A DNA stretch of 64,000 nucleotides, taken from positions 8,465 through 72,464 of the forward strand of contig CAVJLK010000003.1 in NCBI GenBank assembly GCA_963650175.1, written 5' to 3'. Source of the DNA: Ruminococcus sp. CAG:579. Its GTDB lineage: Archaea; Thermoplasmatota; Thermoplasmata; Methanomassiliicoccales; Methanomethylophilaceae. Shown piece after piece: positions 1-8,316 of this stretch. The position numbers and the translations under genes were made by a program. Position 1 is the stretch's first letter. The number at the start of each line of letters is the position of its first letter. The notes under the pieces are model-generated. The model worked only from the letters and a program-made list of their open reading frames with translations, was not told where the DNA came from and made no database searches.

Positions 1-157
1 CGTCGTCGTTCTTCCACTCGGACTCGGCGAGGGAATCGCGCACCAGGTCCCTTATGGCCTCCGATCTGCTCACATAGCCTTTCTTCGAGATCGATTCGTC
101 GAAGAGTTTCAGGAGTTCGGGTTCCAAAGAGACGCCTATGCGCGTTACGCCTTCCAT
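1..157 (-). CDS. nikR: NikR-type nickel-responsive regulator, N-terminal ribbon-helix-helix part. The gene runs off the window start.
   Basis: Hand translation of the minus strand from the ATG at 157 gives MEGVTRIGVSLEPELLKLFDESISKKGYVSRSEAIRDLVRDSLAESEWKNDD. This fits the NikR/CopG RHH pattern (RIGVSL..LL..FD....GY.SRSEAIRDL). It is too short and truncated to appear in the ORF track. Confidence 0.7.
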   Translation of the reverse strand, partial: MEGVTRIGVSLEPELLKLFDESISKKGYVSRSEAIRDLVRDSLAESEWKNDD

Positions 158-269
158 GCATGGAGGGATGGTTAATCCAGGTTTAACATCTTCGCACGGC
201 TCAGACCATACGGTCGGCACACACACCGAGGGATTCGTGTAACGTGGCACCGGTCGGGGCGACAAGGCC

Positions 270-1028
270 GTGGAGAAGGCGAGGAAGGACTTCGATACCG
301 CCCTGGGGAAGTTCCATACCGAGTACGGCTGCCAGAAGGATGCGGAGGCGGCGTTCGAGAGATTCAGGAAGAAGACGTCCAAGGGCATCTTCGACGTCTC
401 CGCCGGGTATACGCACGAAGTGGTGGAATCCAGACCGAGGGGCCGTCCGAGGAAGGACGGCACCGACATCAGGCGCGCCGACGTCTGGACCGTGAACGTC
501 GAGGCAGTGGCGAATCCGGAGAAGGAGAGGGCGCTCCGCCTCGCCGAGGAGCACATAGTGCTCCTGAGCAACGTCCCCACCAAGGAGGATGATCCCGAGA
601 ACGGGATGGACGCCTCCGAACTGGTGCTTCTGGACGCGGGCGAATGGAAGGTCGAGTGGCATTTCAAGACCAAGAAGACGCCCATGATGGTCCAGAGGCT
701 GTTCATCAAGGAGCCGGGGAGAGCGGACGCTCTGGTAAACGTGATCAACATGGCCGCGCTGGTCAAGGCGGTGATCCAGCTGCTCATCAGGAGAGGGCTG
801 GAGTCGATTCCCGACGGGGAGCTCCCGATGTGCGGGTACGGACTGGGGCCGCTGCAGAGGAAGGTCACGACCGATTTCTTCGCGGACAGCTGCATGAACT
901 GCTACATCCGCTACGACCGGGCCACGAACAGCTACGCGGTCATGGGGGACGAGGACGACTGCCGCGCCAGCACGTACCTGTCCCTGATCGGGATACCCGA
1001 GGACAGGCTGTTCGCACCTTCGTTGTGA
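270..1028 (+). pseudogene. IS1634/IS4-family transposase remnant (C-terminal ~250 aa only)
   Basis: The GRPRK motif, then HIVLLSNV, then a degenerate Y..Q..VE..F..LK box (DAGEWKVEWHFKTKK), then RADALVNVINMAALVKAVIQLLIRR resemble the C-terminal third of IS1634-type DDE transposases. The N-terminal half with the first catalytic Asp residues is missing, since nikR lies only ~110 nt upstream. Confidence 0.55.
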
Positions 1029-1211
1029 TTCTGCTTCAGGATTGCGGGAAAAATACCGGCTCGAAAACCCAAGGGTGCGGGATGTGCGTGCTCATGATAT
1101 GAACTGTTGAATTTTTTTCAACAGTTGCATCGATATCTATTCAACAACATCACACTGCCAAGAATCCCGTACCTCCTCCCCCTTTTTACCTGTAACGCCG
1201 TTACATAGACC

Positions 1212-1580
1212 ATGGACTGCGACATGACGGTATATGAATCGGAAGCTACCAGATCAAAGGACGTCTCCGATGCGGAGAGATTCGATGCGAGCTTCGAAGC
1301 CCTCGTGAACACCGGGATCGGGATCAGAAGGGTCGTCTGCACCTCGCCCGGAGACCTGGAGGAGGGCGAAGCCCGCTCCGTCGTGGACGAGCAGGGCATG
1401 GACTCCCTCCCGATCTGCGAGTACCAGGGCGTGGCCATCACCGTCGGCCAGTACCCTTCCGACCAGGACCTGGCGGATTTCCTGGACGTCCCCGACGGCG
1501 TGCTCAGCGTGGACAGGACCAAGCCCCTCTCGATGGGGAACGACCTGCCCCCGTCCTGCTGCTGCGGACGCCCCAGGTGA
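1212..1580 (+). CDS. Hypothetical acidic protein with a C-terminal CCCG motif
   Basis: 122-aa ORF with GC3-rich codon usage like its neighbours, lying just upstream of hypF. I recognise no family. Confidence 0.4.
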   Translation: MDCDMTVYESEATRSKDVSDAERFDASFEALVNTGIGIRRVVCTSPGDLEEGEARSVVDEQGMDSLPICEYQGVAITVGQYPSDQDLADFLDVPDGVLSVDRTKPLSMGNDLPPSCCCGRPR

Positions 1581-1610
1581 CTGATATATCGAGGTGCCCA
1601 TTACGGACGC

Positions 1611-3770
1611 ATGAGGATCACGATCGGCGGCACTGTCCAGGGAGTCGGGTTCAGACCCGCCGTGTACAGGGCCGCCGAGAGGACCGGGGCCTCGGGCACA
1701 GTCCGCAACGACGGCTCCTCCGTCGTGATCGAGACCGACAAGGGCGAGGAGCTCCTCGCCGAACTCCTCTCCGACCTCCCTCCACTGGCCCGCGTGACCA
1801 GGATCGAGAAGGCCGATTCGGCCTATTCCGGGCCGGGAGGATTCTCCATTGTGCACTCCGAAGGCGCCGGCAGAGGCGCCTCCATCCCCGCCGACAGCGC
1901 GGTGTGCGACCAATGCGTCGCGGAGATCTTCTCGGACGGAAGGCGTTCGGGATACCCGTTCACCACCTGCACCGCATGCGGACCCAGATTCACCCTGCTC
2001 AGAGGGATGCCCTACGACAGGCCCCTGACATCCATGGACCGGTTCCCTCCCTGCCCCGAATGCGGGAGGGAGTTCTCCTCGCCGTCGGACCGCAGGTTCC
2101 ACCACCAGACCATCGCATGCCCGGCATGCGGCCCCTCGTACCGCCTGGTGACGAGGGATGGGACGACGACCGAGGACCCGATCGGGAAGCTCGCGGAGCT
2201 CCTCGACGAAGGGGAGAGGGCGGTCGTCCAGGGCTGGGGCGGGATGCACATCTGCTGCACCCTGGACAGGATCGACGACCTGAGGGAATGGTACGGCAGG
2301 TGGCAGAAGCCCTTCGCCGTCATGGCGAGGGACCTGGATTCCCTCAGGAGATACGCCGATCCCACTCCGGAAGAGGTATCGCGGCTCGAATCCCCCGGAA
2401 GGCCCATCGTCCTCTGCAGGAAGATCCCCTCAGACGAGACTGAATCCGCCTCCCCCGGACTGGACACCATCGGGATGTTCCTCCCGTACACCGGGATGCA
2501 TCACATGCTGTTCTCCGAATTGGAACACGACGCCCTCGTCATGACCTCCGCGAACCCTCCCGGCGAGCCCATGGCCGTCACCGAGGAAGAGGCGATGAGG
2601 ATCGCTGCGGACGCGTGGCTCCTCCACGACCAGGAGATAATCAACAGGGCCGACGACACCGTCCTCAGGATGCTCGGCGACCGGACGCAGTACATCCGCA
2701 GATCCAGAGGCTCCGTCCCCTACGGCATCCCCTGCCCGCAGGGCGACGTCGTCGCCCTCGGGGCGCAGGAGAACCTGACGGGATCCGTAGCATCCGATGG
2801 GACGATATGGCCCACGCAGCACATCGGGAACGGGGAGAAGATCGGCGTTCCGGAATATCTGGAGGAGGCCGTGAGGACCCAGATGAGGTTCGTGGGATGC
2901 GAGCCCTCCGCCGTCGCCATCGATCTCCATCCTGGATATTCGAACAGGAAGCTGGCGAGACGCCTTTCCGAAGAGTACGGTGCGGAGATGTTGGAGATCC
3001 AGCACCACTGGGCCCACGCCGCGTCGCTCATGGCCGAGAATTCGGTCGACAGATGCGTCGCACTGACCTTGGACGGGACGGGCCACGGCGACGACGGCAC
3101 CGCCTGGGGAGGCGAGGTCCTGGACGCCACATTCGAAGGATACGAGAGGATCGGACACCTCCAGGGCATCCCGCTGCTGGGATCCGAGAAGGCATTGTAC
3201 GATCTGAGGAGGCTCAGGTTCGCCATCGACGCCATGTACGGCGTCGAGAATCGCGATTTCACCGACCCGGAATCCTCCGTGCTCATGAAGCTCATGCCGA
3301 AGAGCGTGGCGTCGTCGTCCATGGGGAGGTACCTGGACGCGATCTCGTACTCCCTCGGGGTATGCAGACAGAGGGACTACGACGGGGAACCGGCCATGAA
3401 GGTCGAACCCCTGTTGAACAAGGGTCGTCTCATCGACGGCTACGAGGTCCGGACGGAGGACGGCGTCGTCATGACGGCCGAGCAGTTCGCGCGCATCGAC
3501 CCGGACCACAGGAGGGAGGACGTCGCCTACTCCATGGTCCGCAACGTCATGCAATCCCTCGTGGACATCGCCGCCGAACGGGCCGACTCGGAGGGCGTCG
3601 AACACATCGGATTGACTGGAGGAGTCTCGTACAACGGGACCATAGCCAGGATGTTCGAGGACATGGTTAAATCCTCCCGCCACGTTCCTCTGATGCACAG
3701 GGAGGTCCCCAACGGGGACGGGGGCATATCGATAGGACAGGCCGCCATCGCCCTGAGGAAGATACAATGA
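1611..3770 (+). CDS. hypF: [NiFe]-hydrogenase maturation carbamoyltransferase HypF
   Basis: 719 aa. It has an N-terminal acylphosphatase domain (ITIGGTVQGVGFRPAVYR), two CxxC-x18-CxxC zinc fingers (CDQCVAE...CTACGPRF, CPECGRE...CPACGPSY), a YrdC-like part and a Kae1-like C-terminus (GLTGGVSYN). Confidence 0.95.
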   Translation: MRITIGGTVQGVGFRPAVYRAAERTGASGTVRNDGSSVVIETDKGEELLAELLSDLPPLARVTRIEKADSAYSGPGGFSIVHSEGAGRGASIPADSAVCDQCVAEIFSDGRRSGYPFTTCTACGPRFTLLRGMPYDRPLTSMDRFPPCPECGREFSSPSDRRFHHQTIACPACGPSYRLVTRDGTTTEDPIGKLAELLDEGERAVVQGWGGMHICCTLDRIDDLREWYGRWQKPFAVMARDLDSLRRYADPTPEEVSRLESPGRPIVLCRKIPSDETESASPGLDTIGMFLPYTGMHHMLFSELEHDALVMTSANPPGEPMAVTEEEAMRIAADAWLLHDQEIINRADDTVLRMLGDRTQYIRRSRGSVPYGIPCPQGDVVALGAQENLTGSVASDGTIWPTQHIGNGEKIGVPEYLEEAVRTQMRFVGCEPSAVAIDLHPGYSNRKLARRLSEEYGAEMLEIQHHWAHAASLMAENSVDRCVALTLDGTGHGDDGTAWGGEVLDATFEGYERIGHLQGIPLLGSEKALYDLRRLRFAIDAMYGVENRDFTDPESSVLMKLMPKSVASSSMGRYLDAISYSLGVCRQRDYDGEPAMKVEPLLNKGRLIDGYEVRTEDGVVMTAEQFARIDPDHRREDVAYSMVRNVMQSLVDIAAERADSEGVEHIGLTGGVSYNGTIARMFEDMVKSSRHVPLMHREVPNGDGGISIGQAAIALRKIQ

Positions 3771-4771
3771 GCAATCTCCTATTCGTCCTCCTGGACGGGG
3801 CCGAGGACGACCCCTGCCCCCAGCTCGGCGGGAAGAAACCGATCGACGTCGCGGAGATGCCGTTCCTGGAATCCAGGGTGACGCACCGCTGCTGGACCAC
3901 CGGCCGCGGATACACCCAGCTCTTCCTCAACGAGTTCTTCACCGGCCATCCCCCCGAGATCGAGAGGGCGGCGCTGGAAGCGATGGGACTCGGATTGTCC
4001 ATCAAGGACCCGAAGAGGGTCGCCTACCGCCTCAGCCCCGCCAGGATCGGGGACGGGATGGTGCACTGGTGCTATCACAACTCGGAATTCAAGGACGAAC
4101 TCCAAGAGAGGGTCATGTCGCACATGGACCTCCTCGAGCCGTACGATCCGGAGATCCAATTCTTCGTGGAGGGCCGCGCGGTCCTCACCATGGAATCCGA
4201 CACGGTCCCCGTGACCCCGGCGCCCCCGGTCGACGCCCCCTACGCGGAGGTCGGAGGCCCCCTGGGGCGGATGATCGAGGAAATCGCGTCCGAGATGGGC
4301 GGGATCACGGAATACCCGTGGGGATGCGGACGCTGCGGGAAGCAGTATCCGGGATTCCCCGGGATCGGGAAGCTCACGGCGTTCTCGGACAGCCCCACAT
4401 CGCTGGGGATCTGCGCATCCCTCGGCTACGACATAGAACTGATATACGATCTGGAGGACAGGTTCCCCAGGGCCCGGGAGGATCTGAAGCGCGGGGACGT
4501 GTTCCTGCACATCGACGAGGTGGACGAGTACAGCCACCAGAAGGACCCTTTCAAGAAGAAGGCCGTCCTGGAGCGCACGGACGAGCTGATGTCCGAGTAC
4601 TTCGCGGACGCCGACCGCATAATCTACTTCGCGGACCACGGCACGTCATGCGTGACGGGCGAGCACATCCTCACGGACGTGCCCGTGTGGACCACGTTCG
4701 ACATCGGCGCAGAAGAAGGGGGGACAGTGCCCCTGAAGGACCTGGTCCCGATGATCCTCGAGCATAGGTGA
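3767..4771 (+). CDS. Alkaline-phosphatase-superfamily metalloenzyme, ApgM-like (cofactor-independent phosphoglycerate mutase family), short form
   Basis: LLFVLLDGAEDDP at the N-terminus, plus HIDEVDEYSH and FADHGTSCVTGEH metal-ligand-like motifs. It overlaps both hypF and cobT by 4 nt. Confidence 0.7.
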   Translation: MSNLLFVLLDGAEDDPCPQLGGKKPIDVAEMPFLESRVTHRCWTTGRGYTQLFLNEFFTGHPPEIERAALEAMGLGLSIKDPKRVAYRLSPARIGDGMVHWCYHNSEFKDELQERVMSHMDLLEPYDPEIQFFVEGRAVLTMESDTVPVTPAPPVDAPYAEVGGPLGRMIEEIASEMGGITEYPWGCGRCGKQYPGFPGIGKLTAFSDSPTSLGICASLGYDIELIYDLEDRFPRAREDLKRGDVFLHIDEVDEYSHQKDPFKKKAVLERTDELMSEYFADADRIIYFADHGTSCVTGEHILTDVPVWTTFDIGAEEGGTVPLKDLVPMILEHR

Positions 4772-5895
4772 GACAAATGGGATTCGAACTGCCGCCCTCT
4801 CTGGGCATATACGGGAACGAGAAGATCGCCGAGGACGTCCTCTCCAGGATCTGGGGGAAGCGCGGGGTGTTCACATGCACCGTCGCCAACACCAGGACGT
4901 CGACCATTCCGGGACTCTCCGATGCGGGGGACACCCCGGAGCTCACCATGTTCACCGGCCCCGCGGATGCGGAGCTCCTGGTGAACGGCAGGACCACCTG
5001 CATGAAGGGCATCCCGATCAACCCCGGAGGGATCCCCACGCCCGCCACGCTCACACTGGCGGCCCTGAGGCTCTCCGGGATGCAGTACTTCATCGTCAAC
5101 GGCGGATGCTCCGTCGTACCCTACGTCCCGTTCTTCGACATGGGAGGGGAGTGCGGCGATTACATCACCACCGGGAAGGCGGTGAAGAACGCCCGCACCG
5201 AGTTCGAGAAGGGCGTCATGCTAGGGAAGCTCCTGGCGAGGTCCAACGACTTCGTCATCATCAGCGAGAGCTGCGCCGGAGGGACGACGACGGCACTCGC
5301 CGTCATGAAAGCGATGGGCGTCCTGAAGGAGAACCTGGTGAGCAGCAGCTCCCCCAACAACCCCAAGGAGCTGAAGACCAGGGTGGTCGACGAGGCGCTC
5401 GCGGCCGCCGGGATCGAACCCGGGGACAAGAAAGACGACCCCCTCGGAGCCATCGAGTGCGTCGGGGACCCCATGATGCCGGCCAACATCGGCATTATCT
5501 GCGGAGCTGCGCCCCATGTGCCGGTGATCGCCGGAGGCGGCACCCAGATGGGGGCCGTCATCGCGGGGGCGATCGCGATCCAACCGGAGATGATCGGGAA
5601 CCTGATCCAGGGGACCACCAGGTGGCTGATGGACGACGTCAACTCCAGCATGAGGAAGATAGTGGACGCCATCACCCCGGACGTCCCGTCCGTCTATGCG
5701 AACGTGGACTACTCCTCCAGTCCCTACGAGGGCCTCCAGGCCTACGAGTGGGGATACATCAAGGAGGGCGTCGGATGCGGCGGGTCCTCGGTCGGTGCGA
5801 TAGCGATGTCCGCCGGAAGGATAACCGCCAAGGACCTCTCCGACAAGGTGGAGGAGATCTACAGGGAGATAATGGGCGACGCCCTCGCTCCCTGA
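4768..5895 (+). CDS. cobT: Archaeal-type nicotinate-nucleotide:dimethylbenzimidazole phosphoribosyltransferase (CobT, UPF0284/TIGR00303 type)
   Basis: Motifs TRTSTIPGLSDAGDTPE, ISESCAGGTTTALAVMKAMG and SSSSPNNPKELK are typical of the MJ1598 family. The ATG at 4777 may be the true start. Confidence 0.8.
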   Translation: MRQMGFELPPSLGIYGNEKIAEDVLSRIWGKRGVFTCTVANTRTSTIPGLSDAGDTPELTMFTGPADAELLVNGRTTCMKGIPINPGGIPTPATLTLAALRLSGMQYFIVNGGCSVVPYVPFFDMGGECGDYITTGKAVKNARTEFEKGVMLGKLLARSNDFVIISESCAGGTTTALAVMKAMGVLKENLVSSSSPNNPKELKTRVVDEALAAAGIEPGDKKDDPLGAIECVGDPMMPANIGIICGAAPHVPVIAGGGTQMGAVIAGAIAIQPEMIGNLIQGTTRWLMDDVNSSMRKIVDAITPDVPSVYANVDYSSSPYEGLQAYEWGYIKEGVGCGGSSVGAIAMSAGRITAKDLSDKVEEIYREIMGDALAP

Positions 5896-6490
5896 AGAAA
5901 CTCCTGGCGAGGTCCAGCTCCCTCGGCGTGTTGACGTTCACGGCCAGTTCGGGCCAGTTGGTGTCGAACAGGCACTCGTCGAGGTAATCCCCGTTCAGGG
6001 TGCGCGGGCGGTTCATGATGCAGAGTCCGGACAGGACCCATTTGAATCCCCTGTCCTCCCTGATGTACGAGGGCGTGATGCCGATGCCGCGCACGGTCCT
6101 CTCGTCGACCACGGCGATGGCCGATTCCATGACCCTAGGGTCGAAGTACTCTATGAACCTGTCCACGACCTCCGTCGTCAGGAGGGGGAGGTCGGAGGGG
6201 CATGTGAGGACGTAGTCCCCTTCCATGACCTCGAAAGCGGTGTGGAGGTCGTCCATGAAGCTCTCACCGGAGGTGCGGACGGTCTCCGCCCCGATGCTTC
6301 TCAGATACTTCTCGGTCTCCAGGGTGTGGTCGCTCACCGAGACGAGCACGCGGTCGATGTGCTCCGACGCCGTGAGGGCGTCCAGGACCCTCCTGACCGT
6401 GGGGGCGTCGCCCACCATGAGCATGGGCTTCTCTATGCCGCACTGTCCCATGCGGGTCCCCTTCCCCCCGGCGTTGATCAGAGCCTGCAA
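5759..6490 (-). CDS. cobY: Adenosylcobinamide-phosphate guanylyltransferase (archaeal CobY, NTP-transferase fold)
   Basis: MQALINAGGKGTRMG nucleotidyltransferase motif, within the cob cluster. The last ~45 aa are an Arg/Pro-rich tail that lies antisense to the 3' end of cobT. Confidence 0.75.
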   Translation of the reverse strand: MQALINAGGKGTRMGQCGIEKPMLMVGDAPTVRRVLDALTASEHIDRVLVSVSDHTLETEKYLRSIGAETVRTSGESFMDDLHTAFEVMEGDYVLTCPSDLPLLTTEVVDRFIEYFDPRVMESAIAVVDERTVRGIGITPSYIREDRGFKWVLSGLCIMNRPRTLNGDYLDECLFDTNWPELAVNVNTPRELDLARSFFRERGRRPLSPCRSPPPCRRGPWRLSFRRTSLSHRPRTRRIRRPP

Positions 6491-6491
6491 C

Positions 6492-7319
6492 TCACATCAC
6501 CGCTCCGAAGACGAGGACCATAACCAGCATCGATGCGAACCTGGCGATCTCGTGGGAAGCGCCCAGGATGTCCCCGTTGACCATGCCGAAGACCCTGTTG
6601 GCCCTGCGGGCCATCAGATACGCGGATGCGACGGAAGCTACCATCCCGATAAGGGCGACCAGGACGGAATCGAGGAATCCGATCCACTCGCAACCCAGGA
6701 TCTGGTTGGTCGCGAACGTCCCGGCGATCGCGAAGACGAGGATCAGGACGAGGGAGATCCCACAGGATCTGACCATCGACCTTCCATTGGTCTGTTCGAC
6801 CTGCCTCCCGGCCATGCCGTTGCTGGGGAGGCCGTAGCATGCGGTCACGACCTGGGCGTTCTTGGTCAGCACCTCCGTCACGGGCGCGAGCACGATGATG
6901 AAGGCGAATGCCGCCGAATATAGGGAGAAATTCAGGAGCGTGACGATGAGCGCAACCCCCAATCCCCCCGCTCCGATCAGGGTGTCCTTCAGTGCGCGGA
7001 TGTGGTCGGCCTGCGTCCCGGCGACTATGGAACCGTCGCCGAAATCCGCCAGGCCGTCGAAATGCAGGAACCTGCTCCCGAAGTACACCGTCGCGAGTAT
7101 GGCGGCGGCCGCGAACAGGGACGACGATATGATCCCATGGTAGGACAGCAGCCTGAGCGCCGTCGCCTCCAGGAACACCACCAGCCCGATCAGCGCCCCC
7201 ACCAGCGGGGCCAGATGGAACCTGGAGTCCATGGCGTCCATGTCCTCCTGGGTGATGTCCTGCTGCCAGATGGTGAAGAACGACACCATCGCCTTGAGGG
7301 CGCTGCCCGCCATCGGCAT
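6492..7319 (-). CDS. cobS: Adenosylcobinamide-GDP ribazoletransferase (cobalamin synthase)
   Basis: The C-terminal 275 aa of track ORF 6492..8279, starting MPMAGSALKAMVSFFTIW. It is polytopic and carries the FHFDGLADFGDG motif typical of CobS. Confidence 0.85.
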   Translation of the reverse strand: MPMAGSALKAMVSFFTIWQQDITQEDMDAMDSRFHLAPLVGALIGLVVFLEATALRLLSYHGIISSSLFAAAAILATVYFGSRFLHFDGLADFGDGSIVAGTQADHIRALKDTLIGAGGLGVALIVTLLNFSLYSAAFAFIIVLAPVTEVLTKNAQVVTACYGLPSNGMAGRQVEQTNGRSMVRSCGISLVLILVFAIAGTFATNQILGCEWIGFLDSVLVALIGMVASVASAYLMARRANRVFGMVNGDILGASHEIARFASMLVMVLVFGAVM

Positions 7320-8245
7320 CCCCCCGCTTTCTTCGATATCATGGTGACGATGCGATCCATGAGAGAACCTTCCCCGGGCGCCTCCGCCCCTATGATCCGC
7401 GACGCTTCGGAGACGATCATCTCCGACTCCCCGCCGTTCCCGTCGTCGGCGGTCGAATCCGCCCTGTCGGCGACGAACCATGCCAGGTCCATCAGCGAAC
7501 GGACCCTCTCGTCGGAGAGCAGCGCCCCCAACCTCTCCGCGTACGTCTCCGGATCCATGCCGGACCCGGACATGCGGAGCAGCTTCCCCGCATCGAGACC
7601 CATCCTGCCGAGGATTTTCTCCGGGGTCAGCGGTATCGGGTGCTCGTTCCTGATGTCCAAAGCGTACCCGACGGCCGCCGATACTGCCCTGGCGGACGCG
7701 ATGCCTATCTTGGAGCCGGTCCCGGTCCAGGATATCCCGTCGACGCCCTTGGGCGATATGACGGCCATGGCATCGGACGTGGTCCCGGTCTCCCTGAACC
7801 CGTGCTCGGCCATCGCGACCGCCTTCGCTTCGACCAGGGGGATGAACAGGTTGACCTTCCCCTCCATGGTCAGCGGCACCGAGGAGACGATGCCGACGTT
7901 GATCGTCCCCGCCCTCATCTCCTCGGCCCTGCGCCTGGACACGGCGGAGTTCTCCGGATAGTCGCGGAGCTCCTCCCCCGCGATGACGTGGTTGCTCAAT
8001 CCGGCGGTGGCGAACGCCGCCGAATCCACGCCTTCGTAGGAGCACTCCTTGAGATTGAACACGTAGTCGACCTCGGCCGCGGTCATCATCCCCAGGGTGT
8101 CCTCCGGCAGCCCCAGGGCGTCCCTCACATGGATCGCGTCGTGCACGGGATGGGCGCAGTCGTAGTCCTTGGGGACCTGCATGATGAATGCCGCGCTCGT
8201 CTCCGACGCCCCGCCGTTCAATACGGCGCAGCTCAGGGACTCCAT
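7190..8245 (-). CDS. cbiZ: Adenosylcobinamide amidohydrolase CbiZ
   Basis: The portion of track ORF 7190..9238 starting at MESLSCAVLNGG. SAVLNGG-type and INVGIV motifs fit CbiZ. The last ~42 aa are a Trp/Arg/Pro-rich tail overlapping the cobS start. Confidence 0.75.
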   Translation of the reverse strand: MESLSCAVLNGGASETSAAFIMQVPKDYDCAHPVHDAIHVRDALGLPEDTLGMMTAAEVDYVFNLKECSYEGVDSAAFATAGLSNHVIAGEELRDYPENSAVSRRRAEEMRAGTINVGIVSSVPLTMEGKVNLFIPLVEAKAVAMAEHGFRETGTTSDAMAVISPKGVDGISWTGTGSKIGIASARAVSAAVGYALDIRNEHPIPLTPEKILGRMGLDAGKLLRMSGSGMDPETYAERLGALLSDERVRSLMDLAWFVADRADSTADDGNGGESEMIVSEASRIIGAEAPGEGSLMDRIVTMISKKAGGCRWRAAPSRRWCRSSPSGSRTSPRRTWTPWTPGSIWPRWWGR

Positions 8246-8316
8246 CCTCTCCGTGAAGCGGACGACGCCGACGGGCCATCCGTCGACCTCCTCGATGCTA
8301 ACAGAATCGATGAATC

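Noticed and set aside
7320-8279. The N-terminal 320 aa of track ORF 6492..8279, upstream of the cobS Met
   Set aside because: It is off-frame to the well-supported cbiZ, has an Arg/Gly-rich composition, and CobS homology starts only at MPMAGSALK.
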